DNA of 46,234 bases. Source: a virus. Taxonomy: Duplodnaviria > Heunggongvirae > Uroviricota > Caudoviricetes. The notes beneath the pieces were generated by a model. The model was not told the origin of the DNA. It did no database searches and saw nothing but the letters and a program-made list of their open reading frames with translations. The DNA lies in the IMG/VR virus record IMGVR_UViG_2718218309_000006; one strand, given 5' to 3'. The position numbers and the translations under genes are program-made. The first letter of the stretch is position 1; each line of letters opens with the position of its first letter. Below, piece by piece: positions 1-9,860 of the stretch.

Positions 1-963
1 GTGCAAAAGAATGGCGATACCTTGTCCGGTGGGCTTACTTTTGAAAACGACTCAATCCTTGCCTGGATTAGAAATACTGACTGGGCAAAGATTGGTTTTA
101 AAAATAATGCCGACAGCGACACTGATTCATACATGTGGTTTGAAACAGGCGACAACGGCAATGAATATTTCAAATGGAGAAGCCGCCAGAGCACCACAAC
201 AAAAGACCTGATGACTCTTAAATGGGATGCTTTGTCTGTCCTTGTTAAAGCCCTTTTCAGCAGTGAAGTAAAAATATCGACAGTCAATGCACTGAGGATA
301 TTTAATTCATCTTTTGGTGCTATTTTTCGTCGTTCTGAAGAATGCCTGCATATCATCCCTACACGAGAGAATGAGGGAGAAAATGGTGATATAGGGCCAC
401 TACGCCCCTTTACGCTTAATCTCAGAACTGGTCGGATAAGCATGGGGCATGGTCTTGATGTTACAGGGGATATATTTGCAAACCGTTTTGCAATTAACAG
501 TAGTACCGGCATGTGGATTCATATGCGTGACCAGAATGTTATTTTGGGACGCAATGCGGTATCCACCGATGGTGCGCAGGCATTACTTCGTCAGGACCAC
601 GCTGATCGCAAATTTATGATTGGTGGACTGGGGAATAAGCAATTTGGCATCTACATGATTAATAACTCAAGGACAGCCAATGGCACCGATGGTCAGGCGT
701 ACATGGACAACAATGGCAACTGGCTTTGCGGTGCGCAAGTTATTCCCGGCAATTATGGTAATTTTGACTCACGTTATGTGAGAGATGTCCGACTTGGTAC
801 ACGTGTTGTTCAGACTATGCAAAAAGGCGTGATGTATGAGAAATCAGGTCATGCAATTACGGGGCTTGGCATTATCGGTGCAGTTGATGGCGATGATCCG
901 GCAGTATTCAGACCAATACAAAAATACATCAATGGCACATGGTATAACGTCGTACAGGTGTAA
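1..963 (+). CDS. Side tail fibre C-terminal variable domain, alternative copy (stf'), 5'-truncated by window edge
   Basis: Ends ...INGTWYNVVQV like the minus-strand stf C-terminus (...INGTWYNAGSI); starts QKNGDTLSGG, similar to QKNQNGADIPG that follows the gix-like site in stf; followed by a tfa gene. Confidence 0.6.
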   Translation: MQKNGDTLSGGLTFENDSILAWIRNTDWAKIGFKNNADSDTDSYMWFETGDNGNEYFKWRSRQSTTTKDLMTLKWDALSVLVKALFSSEVKISTVNALRIFNSSFGAIFRRSEECLHIIPTRENEGENGDIGPLRPFTLNLRTGRISMGHGLDVTGDIFANRFAINSSTGMWIHMRDQNVILGRNAVSTDGAQALLRQDHADRKFMIGGLGNKQFGIYMINNSRTANGTDGQAYMDNNGNWLCGAQVIPGNYGNFDSRYVRDVRLGTRVVQTMQKGVMYEKSGHAITGLGIIGAVDGDDPAVFRPIQKYINGTWYNVVQV

Positions 964-966
964 TTT

Positions 967-1494
967 ATGCAGCATTTAAAAAATATTAAGTCTGGAAATC
1001 CAAAAACAAAAGAACAATATCAGCTAACAAAGAATTTTGATGTTATCTGGTTATGGTCCGAAGACGGAAAAAACTGGTATGAGGAAGTGAAAAACTTTCA
1101 GCCAGACACAATAAAGATTGTTTACGATGCAAATAATATTATTGTCGCCATCACCAAAGATGCCTCCACGCTTAACCCTGAAGGTTATAGCGTCGTTGAG
1201 GTTCCAGATATTACAGCCAACCGCTGCGCTGATGATTCCGGTAAGTGGATGTTTAGGGACGGAGCTGTGGTTAAACGGATTTATACGGCAGACGAGCAAC
1301 AACAACAGGCCGAATCACAAAAGGCCGCATTGCTTTCCGAAGCTGAATCAGTCATCCAACCGCTGGAACGCGCTGTCAGGCTGAATATGGCAACAGACGA
1401 GGAACGCACACGACTGGAAGCATGGGAACGCTACAGTGTTCTGGTCAGCCGTGTGGATACGGCAAATCCTGAATGGCCACAAAAACCAGAGTAA
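967..1494 (+). CDS. tfa: Tail fibre assembly protein, alternative copy (tfa')
   Basis: 175 aa; about 60 percent identical by eye to the minus-strand Tfa ([22 protein letters not shown]...). Confidence 0.8.
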   Translation: MQHLKNIKSGNPKTKEQYQLTKNFDVIWLWSEDGKNWYEEVKNFQPDTIKIVYDANNIIVAITKDASTLNPEGYSVVEVPDITANRCADDSGKWMFRDGAVVKRIYTADEQQQQAESQKAALLSEAESVIQPLERAVRLNMATDEERTRLEAWERYSVLVSRVDTANPEWPQKPE

Positions 1495-1499
1495 AAATT

Positions 1500-1519
1500 A
1501 AGGCCCGATAGCGGGCCTT
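1500..1519. terminator. Hairpin between convergent tfa genes (AAGGCCCG-ATAG-CGGGCCTT)
   Basis: Perfect 8-bp stem, 4-nt loop, A/T-rich flanks; sits between two convergent ORFs. Confidence 0.5.
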
Positions 1520-1522
1520 CTC

Positions 1523-2056
1523 TCATTCTGGTTGTTCGGGAAACGTTACTGGCAGGCCGGAAGTGTCTGTAGATTCGACTTTCTGCGCATAGAGCATCCA
1601 CTCGGTTAATTTTTGTTTATTCTCGTCGGAAATGATGCCCAGCCGTAGCTGTGAGTCCCATAGCTGGGTTTTATCCCTGACAAGTTGCAACAGGCTTTGC
1701 TTTTCATTTTCCGCTTGTTGCCTCTGCTCTTCCTCGGTATAAGTTCGCTTTATCACTACGCCATCTTTGAACATCCATTTCCCCGAAATATCAGCCCGGC
1801 GATTTGCTGTAATATCAGGTAATTCAACGACGCTTGCACCCTCTGGATTAATTGCTGAAACATCCTTTTCAATACAAATAATAACGCCGTTATGGTCATA
1901 GACCATTTTCAAAGTGTCTGGCTGGAAATTCTTTTGTTCCTCATACCAGTTTTTTCCATCATCTGAATAAAGCCATTTGATGTTAAATTGCTTTGTTAGC
2001 TGGTATTGCTCTTTTGTTTTAGGGTTGCCAGCAGTAATGTTTTTTAAGTGCATCAT
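1523..2056 (-). CDS. tfa: Tail fibre assembly protein Tfa
   Basis: 177 aa, gp38/Tfa-like; immediately downstream of stf (stop TAA, 2 nt, ATG). Confidence 0.85.
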   Translation of the reverse strand: MMHLKNITAGNPKTKEQYQLTKQFNIKWLYSDDGKNWYEEQKNFQPDTLKMVYDHNGVIICIEKDVSAINPEGASVVELPDITANRRADISGKWMFKDGVVIKRTYTEEEQRQQAENEKQSLLQLVRDKTQLWDSQLRLGIISDENKQKLTEWMLYAQKVESTDTSGLPVTFPEQPE

Positions 2057-2058
2057 CG

Positions 2059-4896
2059 TTAAATACTCCCCGCGTTATACCACGTCCCATTAATGCAATA
2101 CTGAATTGGCCTTGCCTGAGTTGTATCAATTAATTCATCACGGTTTCCGTTAACTGAACCCGTAACGACATAACCTGACCTGTCAGACCAGCCGGGGCCT
2201 TTCCATGTCTGAACAGATGACAGACCGCCAAGGCGAATACCTGTAATAAACCTTGAGTTACATTCTGCCTGCGTATATGCACCAACATCCCCCGCAGAGG
2301 GTTTGCGTGTTGTGGTGTAAAACTCTGACCAGTTAGCTTCAAAGCCATAACCATCACGCGCTGAACGATAAAAAATACCGCCGTTCCTGTAATTCACGCG
2401 GAACTGTACAGCAGGGCAACTCCCCGCATTCATATTGAAGTGGAGGATTAATGTCGATGCACCACTGATATCTGCATCATAAACACCGCTATTCCAGTTC
2501 CAGCCAACAGCTTTATCATTTGCGACCCTGCGTCCTGTTTGCCCTAAAGCAAATGCAGGCTGCTGGTTTTTCGTGTTGTAGTCTCGTCGCCAGCCAGGAG
2601 CGTAAGCATCACCATGATTAATATAAGTGAATTGAGCGTTAGTAATTCCGCCACCGCTGGACGTGCTCGGCGTAGTAACGCGTATGGTCATTGCGCCGCG
2701 AGTGCCAATAACTTCCACCACAGCACCTGCAAGACAAATATTTCCGCAACCTGTATCTGTAATAACCTTATTATTTGCATAAGCCCATGAGCCTTTGCAC
2801 ATCCAGTAAGGATGGTTAAATGCCCCCTGACTCTCCAGCCACGAAATAAATTGCGCAGTTGTCCAGACCTGACTATCGCCACCAATATTCAGCCATGCGC
2901 TATATGCGCGGCAGGCACCAATGTTTTTGGTGAAGGTATCTTTTCCCGGAATATCTGCGCCGTTCTGGTTTTTCTGTAATGCGCCAGAAGCCTGATTTAC
3001 CGTTTCCTGTAAACCGAGGTATTCGATAACGGCAGCAACGGTCGATTTCGCAAGAATATCCCGCCCGACTTTTGTCAGGGTTGCCAGGCTGGCGACATCA
3101 TTCCCCGTAAAATACGGAAACCTGTCTGCCGCAGTAGCAAGCCCGGCCAGCGCCGTCAGGGTGGCATCTTTCGGTTGCTTACCCGCAAGCGCGTTAGTCA
3201 TGGTGGTCGCAAAATTCGGGTCGTTGCCCAGCGCCGCCGCTAACTCGTTCAGCGTATTCAGTGCGTCAGGCGACGAGTCTACAAGGGCGGCAATCGCGGC
3301 CATCACATAAGCCGTACTTGCGATCTGAGTATTATTAGTACCTTTTGGCGCAGTTGGCGTTGTTGGCGTTCCGGTCAGTGCAGGACTATTTAAGGGCGCT
3401 TTCTTGTTCGTTTCATCCATTACCGCCTTAACCGCTTTTGGTGTCGCAGCCAGCGTTTCAGACGGGCTGTTAGTGGCGCTACTGAGCTGAACCACACCTT
3501 TTTTCGTCGTACTCGCATCTTCCAGAGATACGGCATCAGCAATATCCTCTGCCCGTTTTGCCGCTGTTTCGGCACGCGTTGCCGCGGATTCAGCAGCAAC
3601 TTTGCTCTGAGATGCCGCCGTCGCACTGCCAGCAGCCTCTGTTGCCTTCGTGGATGCCGTCGTGGCGCTGCCCTTCGCTGCTGACGCTTGTCTGGTCGCC
3701 TCATCTTTTGAAGCAGACGCCGATGAGGCCGATGACGACGCCGAACTGGCTGACGATGCGGCAGCCGTTTTTGAGGATTCTGCGCTGGTTTCCGACGCTT
3801 TCGCGTTCGTTTCGGATGTCTTCGCTGCGGAAGCTGACCTCGCTGCTGCGCTGGCCTGCTCAGTGGCTTCGCCAGCCTTCGTTGTGGCTGTTGAAGCGGA
3901 TGATGCGGCGCTTTCTGCCGATTTTCCGGCGGCGGTGGCACTGGCTGAGGCCTGCCCGGCACTTGTTGACGCGGCGCTGGCAGACGACGCAGCCGCTGTT
4001 TTTGAGCCTGCCGCAGCCGAGGCGCTCTGTCCCGCTGCCGTTTCAGAAGACCTGGCGTTTGTCTCAGACGTCTTTGCCGCCTTCGCGGAATTGCCTGCCG
4101 CCGTTGCCGAGGAAGCGGCACTACTGGCGCTTGATGATGCGTTCGTTTCTGATGATTTCGCTGCCTCTTTTGAGGCCGCCGCATCCCGGGCTGAGGTGGC
4201 TGCTTCTGACGCCTTCGTGGTCGCGGCGGATGCAGAAGTGGCTGCTGATTGTTGTGACGCTGCCGCATTCGTTTCTGACGTTTTCGCCGCACCGGCACTG
4301 GTAGTTGCCGCGCTTTTTGAGGACTCTGCAGCAGCAGCACTTTTTGCTGCTTCACGGGCCTTTGTCGATGCCGTTCCTGCGCTGGAAGACGCTGACTGAG
4401 CCGACGACGCGGCCTGTCCGGCTGACGTGCTGGCTGCGCGTGCTGAGCCTGCAGCATCAGTCGCATGGGTTGCCGCCTCACGGGCTGATGTGCTGGCATC
4501 GCTGGCTGACTTCTTCGCGGCTGCCGTGTTCTGTGCCACCGCGGACGCGTTACGCGCCACCTCTTCCACCATCAGCTCAAAACGGCGCAGTGCCTCCGGA
4601 CGGGCATCATCCTCCGTCATGGCACCGAGAAAATCATTCAGCGTACCGGGCCGGGAATCTTCATACACGGTGATGGTCCCGGCATGTGACGGCGGGAATC
4701 CCTCCACCAACAGAATAACGCTGTACTGCCCGTACTCAACGTCCATGCTGTAACGCCCGGCTTCATCCGGATTTTCTGAGGCCAGCGTGTTCACCACCAC
4801 CGTGGTGCTGTTACGTTTTGCTTTCAGCTGGATTGTGCAGTTCTGTACCGGTTTTCCTGTGCCGTCTTTCAGTACACCTGAAATCTTTACTGCCAT
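2059..4896 (-). CDS. stf: Side tail fibre protein Stf (constant N-terminal part lambda Stf-like, long Ala/Ser/Thr-rich repeat, Mu/P1/e14-like variable C-terminal domain)
   Basis: N-terminus MAVKISGVLKDGTGKPVQNCTIQLKAKRNSTTVVV matches lambda Stf as recalled; ORF track starts at GTG 4902, ATG at 4896 more likely. Confidence 0.9.
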   Translation of the reverse strand: MAVKISGVLKDGTGKPVQNCTIQLKAKRNSTTVVVNTLASENPDEAGRYSMDVEYGQYSVILLVEGFPPSHAGTITVYEDSRPGTLNDFLGAMTEDDARPEALRRFELMVEEVARNASAVAQNTAAAKKSASDASTSAREAATHATDAAGSARAASTSAGQAASSAQSASSSAGTASTKAREAAKSAAAAESSKSAATTSAGAAKTSETNAAASQQSAATSASAATTKASEAATSARDAAASKEAAKSSETNASSSASSAASSATAAGNSAKAAKTSETNARSSETAAGQSASAAAGSKTAAASSASAASTSAGQASASATAAGKSAESAASSASTATTKAGEATEQASAAARSASAAKTSETNAKASETSAESSKTAAASSASSASSSASSASASKDEATRQASAAKGSATTASTKATEAAGSATAASQSKVAAESAATRAETAAKRAEDIADAVSLEDASTTKKGVVQLSSATNSPSETLAATPKAVKAVMDETNKKAPLNSPALTGTPTTPTAPKGTNNTQIASTAYVMAAIAALVDSSPDALNTLNELAAALGNDPNFATTMTNALAGKQPKDATLTALAGLATAADRFPYFTGNDVASLATLTKVGRDILAKSTVAAVIEYLGLQETVNQASGALQKNQNGADIPGKDTFTKNIGACRAYSAWLNIGGDSQVWTTAQFISWLESQGAFNHPYWMCKGSWAYANNKVITDTGCGNICLAGAVVEVIGTRGAMTIRVTTPSTSSGGGITNAQFTYINHGDAYAPGWRRDYNTKNQQPAFALGQTGRRVANDKAVGWNWNSGVYDADISGASTLILHFNMNAGSCPAVQFRVNYRNGGIFYRSARDGYGFEANWSEFYTTTRKPSAGDVGAYTQAECNSRFITGIRLGGLSSVQTWKGPGWSDRSGYVVTGSVNGNRDELIDTTQARPIQYCINGTWYNAGSI
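3005..3030. other. Candidate Gin/Hin/Pin-family 26-bp crossover site (gix/pix-like) inside stf
   Basis: TTCCTGTAAACCGAGGTATTCGATAA; recalled Mu gix is TTCCTGTAAACCGAGGTTTTGGATAA; encodes junction peptide EYLGLQE on the minus strand. Confidence 0.6.
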
Positions 4897-4906
4897 ATTC
4901 ACCCCA

Positions 4907-4934
4907 CAAAAAAGCCCGCCTGAACCGGCGGGCT
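4907..4934 (-). terminator. Rho-independent terminator after lom, directly upstream of stf
   Basis: Minus strand AGCCCGCC-GGTTCA-GGCGGGCT followed by TTTTTTGTGGGG. Confidence 0.5.
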
Positions 4935-4960
4935 GTCATAACACTGTGTTACCTGGCTAA

Positions 4961-5560
4961 TCAGAATTTATAACCGACACCCACGATGAAACCGTCAGTG
5001 CGCCAGTCACCACTGCCGGAGCCTTCATAAGCAATATCAATGGCCACGGATTCGGTCGGGTTAAACTGCACGCCAGCCCCCCACGCCAGAGACGTGTTGC
5101 TGTGGCGACCGTCATCACTTCCGGTCAGCACATCGTGCGTTTTCCCCTTGTTGTCAGTTACGCGAAGATAATCCCCGGAGAAAGTCGACACACGGCTGTA
5201 AGCTACACCCGCCATCGCATACGCGCTGAACCATTCATTCACGCGCACAGACGGCCCCGCCATTACGCTGAACCAGCGGTTACGAACGGAATCTTCATGC
5301 CAGCGGGTATCGCTGTAACGGGTCAGCTGGCGATTCTTGTCTCCTGCATAGCTGAATGACGTCACCAGCCCCAGTGTGTCCGTAAACTCATAACGGTATT
5401 TCACGTTAATCCCGTTCAGATCATCACTGCCGGGGACGTTCGTCGAGGCATGAAGATACCCCGCGCTCAGCGTGGACTGATGTTCAGACGCCCATGCAGG
5501 CGCACCGGATACGGCCAGACAAATGGCTGCGGACAAAATTGCTGCACAAACTTTACGCAT
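4961..5560 (-). CDS. lom: Outer membrane protein Lom (Ail/Lom family)
   Basis: 199 aa with signal peptide MRKVCAAILSAAICLAVSGAPAWA; matches lambda Lom as recalled. Confidence 0.9.
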   Translation of the reverse strand: MRKVCAAILSAAICLAVSGAPAWASEHQSTLSAGYLHASTNVPGSDDLNGINVKYRYEFTDTLGLVTSFSYAGDKNRQLTRYSDTRWHEDSVRNRWFSVMAGPSVRVNEWFSAYAMAGVAYSRVSTFSGDYLRVTDNKGKTHDVLTGSDDGRHSNTSLAWGAGVQFNPTESVAIDIAYEGSGSGDWRTDGFIVGVGYKF

Positions 5561-5581
5561 AATTACCTCTCGCTTTTCTGC

Positions 5582-5608
5582 AATAAAAAAGGCGTCATTC
5601 CTGACGCC
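5582..5608 (-). terminator. tJ-like rho-independent terminator between J and lom
   Basis: Minus strand GGCGTCA-GGAA-TGACGCC followed by TTTTTTATTG. Confidence 0.5.
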
Positions 5609-5630
5609 CTTTATTGGGGTTATAAATATT

Positions 5631-8600
5631 TCAACGAATACTGATGCCGGAAGCGGCTTTTTTGGTCACAATCACCGTACAGTCGGTGATATTGCCTGCC
5701 CCCTGATTGCCTTTCTGGAAAATCTTAAACTCCAGAGTGACGCTTCCCCTGCCACTCGGCATATCAATAACTGCACTGTAACTACCGGGAATGGCCCCTT
5801 TAGTTTCTCTGGATGCGATTAATACGCCGTTTTTGCGAACTTCAAAACCATAACCCGTGTATCGCGTGCCTCCTGGGTTATTTCCGCTCCCCGGATCGTC
5901 ATACGCTATACCGTTAAAAATAATGGGCGGAATAATAATCTGGCGGTCAAAGTTATGATCATCGCTGATGGTGACTGTAACCGTACCGTTTGGTGTTTCC
6001 GTGTTACCCCACGTACCGACTTTTTTCGGGAAGGCTTTTGATACAGCTTTAACGAAATCTCCTCTGACCTGGGTCGCCTCCAGCATGCCCTTAATCGTAC
6101 AGTTCTGGTTAATCGTGACATTGTTGAGCGTTCCTGAGTTCGCATTCACACTGCCACTGATATCCGCATTTTTCGCCGTCAGTCTCCCGTCTGATGTCAG
6201 GGAAAATGCCGGAGGATTACCGCCGCTGGTAATGGTGGGGGCCGTCAGGCGTTTCAGGAACACTTCATTCATGAATATCTGATCGCCCTGACCAACAAAC
6301 ATCGGCTTTGTGTTGCCATTCGCAGGATTAATCATCGCAATCCTGTCTGCTGCCAGCAGCACCTGACTCTGCATGCCGTCAGGGGTGTTCTCAATACCGG
6401 CACCGATACCCGCAATATAAAGGCGTCCGTCCTGCATCTGCTGCAGCTTCACTGCCCACATGCTGTTCAGGTTATTATTTGTATCAACCTGAACCTTCTG
6501 TATCTGCTGGATCGCTGCACTCTGGTCTTCCAGTTTCTTATTGACGGTCTGTGTTATTTCATTGCTGACATCCGTTATGGACGTCCTGATTTCAGTCAGG
6601 TCAGGCGCAAGCTGACCGTTATCAATCTGCGTCCACAGCTCCTGAGCCAGATGGGTTTTCCCTATCTCGCCTTTGAAAAAATCCAGATAGCCTGATGCAT
6701 CATCACTCGGCTGACCGACAGCCTCCACGAATGCCGATTTGCCAACGGTGTTCACACTGCGAACGTAAAAATAATAATCATGGCCCGGTTTGATATTGAT
6801 ACTGGCGGCTATCCAGTACAGTGCCGTACCAAGATAACGCGCGCTGGTTTCAACCTGCCTGATATCCGCAATCCGCTTTTCCGAGAACCAGAACTCAAAC
6901 TGTACCGTCGGATCATAAACCGCAAGATGCGGCGTGGCGGTTATCTGAAAATACCCCGGTGTCAGCTCAATCTGCGACGGCGCTGCCGGTGCGGCAATCC
7001 GGAACGATACCGATGCCGGATCGCCCTGCTGCCCCCACGCATTTACTGCCCGGACTGTCAGCCTGTAGTTCCCCAGCGCCAGTTGTGTGAAGCGGTATGT
7101 GGTTTCCGCCGTCCGGGCTGTGCTGACCAGCCGCTCACTGCCGTCATCCGCTGCCACGGTCAGGCGAAGCATAAAGCTCACCCCCTTCACCACCTTCGGC
7201 GTGTCCCAGCGGGCCAGTACCTGATATTCCCCGCTGTCTGCGGTGACTTCGGCAGTCAGGTGCTGCACCGCTGGCGGCGTGACACCATTCACCGTGCCGC
7301 TCTGGTCGCCGTCAAAGTGCGCCCCGTTATCCACGATGGCCTCTTTTTCCGGTACATGCTGCACGGCGGTGATGGCATACATACCGTCGTCGTTCTCACG
7401 GATACTCACGCAGCGGAACAGGCGCTGGCGCAGCGTCGGCAGCTTCAGCCCCCACACGCTGTATCCGGCAACGCCGTCAGGAACACGGCTCACTTTTACC
7501 TTCACGCCGTCGGTGACGGACTGGACCTCCACGCTGACCGGATTACCCTGACCGTCAACCAGGCTTATCAGCGTGGTACCGGAGGATGGCAGCGTGATTT
7601 CACGGTCGAGCGTCAGCGTCCGGGTCTGGCTGTTCACCGCCAGCACGCGCCCGCCGGTGCTGATACCCGCATAGTCATCATCGCAGATTTCAATGACATC
7701 CCCCGGTACATGGCGAAGCCCTTCCGCACCCACGCTGAAGTCCACGGTCTGCGTTTCCAGCAGTTCCGTTTTAATCAGCCACAGCCCGGCGCGGTGCGCC
7801 TGCCCCCGGCTGGTACAGCCAAAGGCATCCATCTTCGTGACGTTACGACCGTAACGGGCAATGGCCTGCGTATCTTCAACAAGCTCTGTCGCCGTCTCCC
7901 AGCCGTTATCCGGGTCAATCCAGTTCACCTCAACGGCATTATGGCGGTCTTTCAGGGCGCTGAAACTGTAGCGGAACGGCGCGCCATCATCCGGCATCAC
8001 CACATTACTGCGGTTATAGGCCCACACCTTATCCGACGGTCGGTCCTGCACGAACGTCAGCGTCTGCCCGTTCCATACCGGCATACAGCGCATCGCCGAG
8101 CAGAAATCACTGAGCACATCCCACGCCTTGCGCTGTGTGGTCAGGTACGCATTACAGGTGATGCGCGGCTCCGTGCCGCCAAAGCCGTCCGGCACTGACT
8201 GGTCGCAGTACTGGCCGATGACATACAGCGCCCATTTGTCCACATCCGCCGCACCAAGACGTTTTCCCATGCCGTAGCGCGGGTGGGTCAGCATATCCCA
8301 CAGACACCAGGCCATGTTGTTGCTGTATGCTGGTTTTAACGTTCCGTCCCAGATACCACTGTATTGCCGCGTCTGCGGGTTATAGTTCGACGGCACCTGC
8401 AGAATGCGCCCGCGAAGATGATAATTACGGCTCACCTGCTGGCTGCCGAACTGCTCCGAGTCCACCTGCACGCCGACCAGTGCCGTGTTCGGGTAGCCCT
8501 GTTTCACATCGATGATTTCGGTGTATGACGACCAGAGCGTTTTGTTCTGCAGCTGGTCTGTGGTGCTGTCCGGCGTCATCCTGCGCATCCGGATATTAAA

Positions 8601-9128
8601 CGGGCGCGGCGGCAGGTTATCCACCACCACCGAGGCCAGATACTGCGAGGTGGTTTTGCCCTTAATGGTGATGTCTTTTTCCGTCACCCAGCCACCATTA
8701 CGCTGTATCTGAACCAGCAGGCGGACTTCCGATGGATTCCTGTCCCCCTTTGAGGTGGTTTCCACCAGTGCCTGTACACCGAAGGTAAAGCGCAGACGGT
8801 CGATGTTTGCCGACGTGATGGTCCGGGTGATCGGCGTGTCATATTTCACTTCCGTACCCAGCACCGTCTCGGAGCCGGAGGATTCAAATCCCTCCGGCGG
8901 TGACTGCTCCTGCTCACCGGTCCGGAACACCACCGTGACGCCGGATATATTGGTATTCCCCTCACTGTCCAGCACCGGCGTACTGTTCAGCAGCACGCTT
9001 TTTAATCCGTCCACCGGACCTTCAACCGGCCCTTCGCTGATGGCATCGATCACACTCAGCAGCTGCGTGGACTTCAGGTTGTCCTTCGCTTCGCGCGGGG
9101 TATGCCCCTTACTGCTGCCTTTACCCAT
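5631..9128 (-). CDS. J: Tail tip host specificity protein J (central tail fibre)
   Basis: 1165 aa; N-terminus [45 protein letters not shown] matches lambda J as recalled; lambda J is 1132 aa. Confidence 0.95.
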   Translation of the reverse strand: MGKGSSKGHTPREAKDNLKSTQLLSVIDAISEGPVEGPVDGLKSVLLNSTPVLDSEGNTNISGVTVVFRTGEQEQSPPEGFESSGSETVLGTEVKYDTPITRTITSANIDRLRFTFGVQALVETTSKGDRNPSEVRLLVQIQRNGGWVTEKDITIKGKTTSQYLASVVVDNLPPRPFNIRMRRMTPDSTTDQLQNKTLWSSYTEIIDVKQGYPNTALVGVQVDSEQFGSQQVSRNYHLRGRILQVPSNYNPQTRQYSGIWDGTLKPAYSNNMAWCLWDMLTHPRYGMGKRLGAADVDKWALYVIGQYCDQSVPDGFGGTEPRITCNAYLTTQRKAWDVLSDFCSAMRCMPVWNGQTLTFVQDRPSDKVWAYNRSNVVMPDDGAPFRYSFSALKDRHNAVEVNWIDPDNGWETATELVEDTQAIARYGRNVTKMDAFGCTSRGQAHRAGLWLIKTELLETQTVDFSVGAEGLRHVPGDVIEICDDDYAGISTGGRVLAVNSQTRTLTLDREITLPSSGTTLISLVDGQGNPVSVEVQSVTDGVKVKVSRVPDGVAGYSVWGLKLPTLRQRLFRCVSIRENDDGMYAITAVQHVPEKEAIVDNGAHFDGDQSGTVNGVTPPAVQHLTAEVTADSGEYQVLARWDTPKVVKGVSFMLRLTVAADDGSERLVSTARTAETTYRFTQLALGNYRLTVRAVNAWGQQGDPASVSFRIAAPAAPSQIELTPGYFQITATPHLAVYDPTVQFEFWFSEKRIADIRQVETSARYLGTALYWIAASINIKPGHDYYFYVRSVNTVGKSAFVEAVGQPSDDASGYLDFFKGEIGKTHLAQELWTQIDNGQLAPDLTEIRTSITDVSNEITQTVNKKLEDQSAAIQQIQKVQVDTNNNLNSMWAVKLQQMQDGRLYIAGIGAGIENTPDGMQSQVLLAADRIAMINPANGNTKPMFVGQGDQIFMNEVFLKRLTAPTITSGGNPPAFSLTSDGRLTAKNADISGSVNANSGTLNNVTINQNCTIKGMLEATQVRGDFVKAVSKAFPKKVGTWGNTETPNGTVTVTISDDHNFDRQIIIPPIIFNGIAYDDPGSGNNPGGTRYTGYGFEVRKNGVLIASRETKGAIPGSYSAVIDMPSGRGSVTLEFKIFQKGNQGAGNITDCTVIVTKKAASGISIR

Positions 9129-9188
9129 TCCTCACGCTCCATAAACGACAAAACCGCCCGCAGGCGGTTTCACATAAAACATTTTGCA

Positions 9189-9860
9189 TCAGCGACCAAT
9201 CACCACAACCTGACCACCATCCCCTTCGTCTGCCGTGCTGATCTCCTGAGAAACCACGCGTGACCCCACGCGCATTTCACCGTACAGAACAGGCAGAACA
9301 TTGCCCTGGGCAACCATGTTATCCAGTGAGGAGAAATAGGTGTTCTGTTTGCCGTTATCCGTTGTCTGTGTACGGGGAGTTCTGGCTTTCGGTGCCAGCA
9401 TCTGCGCCACACCACCGAGCACCATACTGGCACCGAGAGAAAACAGGATGCCGGTCATACCACCGGCCCCAATGGCTGCCCCCCATGCTGCAAGGGTGGC
9501 TCCGGCGGTAAAGAATGATCCGGCAATGGCGGCTGCTCCCAGGACAATCTGGAATACGCCACCTGACTTGGCCCCGGCGACTCTGGGAACAATATGAATC
9601 ACAGCGCCATCAGGCAGAGTCTCATGTAACTGCGCCGTTAATCCGGACGTGCTGACATCCTGCCCGGCAATCCGTACCTGATACCAGCCGTCGCTCAGTT
9701 TCTGACGAAACGCCGGGAGCTGTGTGGCCAGTGCGCGGATGGCTTCAGCCCCCGTTTTCACACGAAGGTCGATGCGGCGGCCAAATCGTTGCAAATCCCC
9801 GTAAAGGCAGATGCGTGCCATTCCCGGTGACGCCAGAGGGAGTGTGTGCGTCGCTGCCAT
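9189..9860 (-). CDS. I: Tail tip assembly protein I
   Basis: 223 aa, same length as lambda I; overlaps the K 3' end by 103 nt as in lambda. Confidence 0.9.
   Translation of the reverse strand: MAATHTLPLASPGMARICLYGDLQRFGRRIDLRVKTGAEAIRALATQLPAFRQKLSDGWYQVRIAGQDVSTSGLTAQLHETLPDGAVIHIVPRVAGAKSGGVFQIVLGAAAIAGSFFTAGATLAAWGAAIGAGGMTGILFSLGASMVLGGVAQMLAPKARTPRTQTTDNGKQNTYFSSLDNMVAQGNVLPVLYGEMRVGSRVVSQEISTADEGDGGQVVVIGR

Noticed and set aside
3420-4499. Long ORFs on both strands (359-aa Arg/Pro/Gln-rich on minus, 249-aa Ala/Asp-rich and 248-aa on plus) inside stf
   Set aside because: They overlap the Ala/Ser/Thr-rich low-complexity repeat region of the side tail fibre gene; GC-rich repetitive sequence gives open frames on every strand. 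The stf frame matches lambda Stf.
6780-8198. 472-aa ORF on the plus strand
   Set aside because: Antisense to J, whose product matches lambda J along its length; Arg/Cys/His-rich composition typical of out-of-frame reading.
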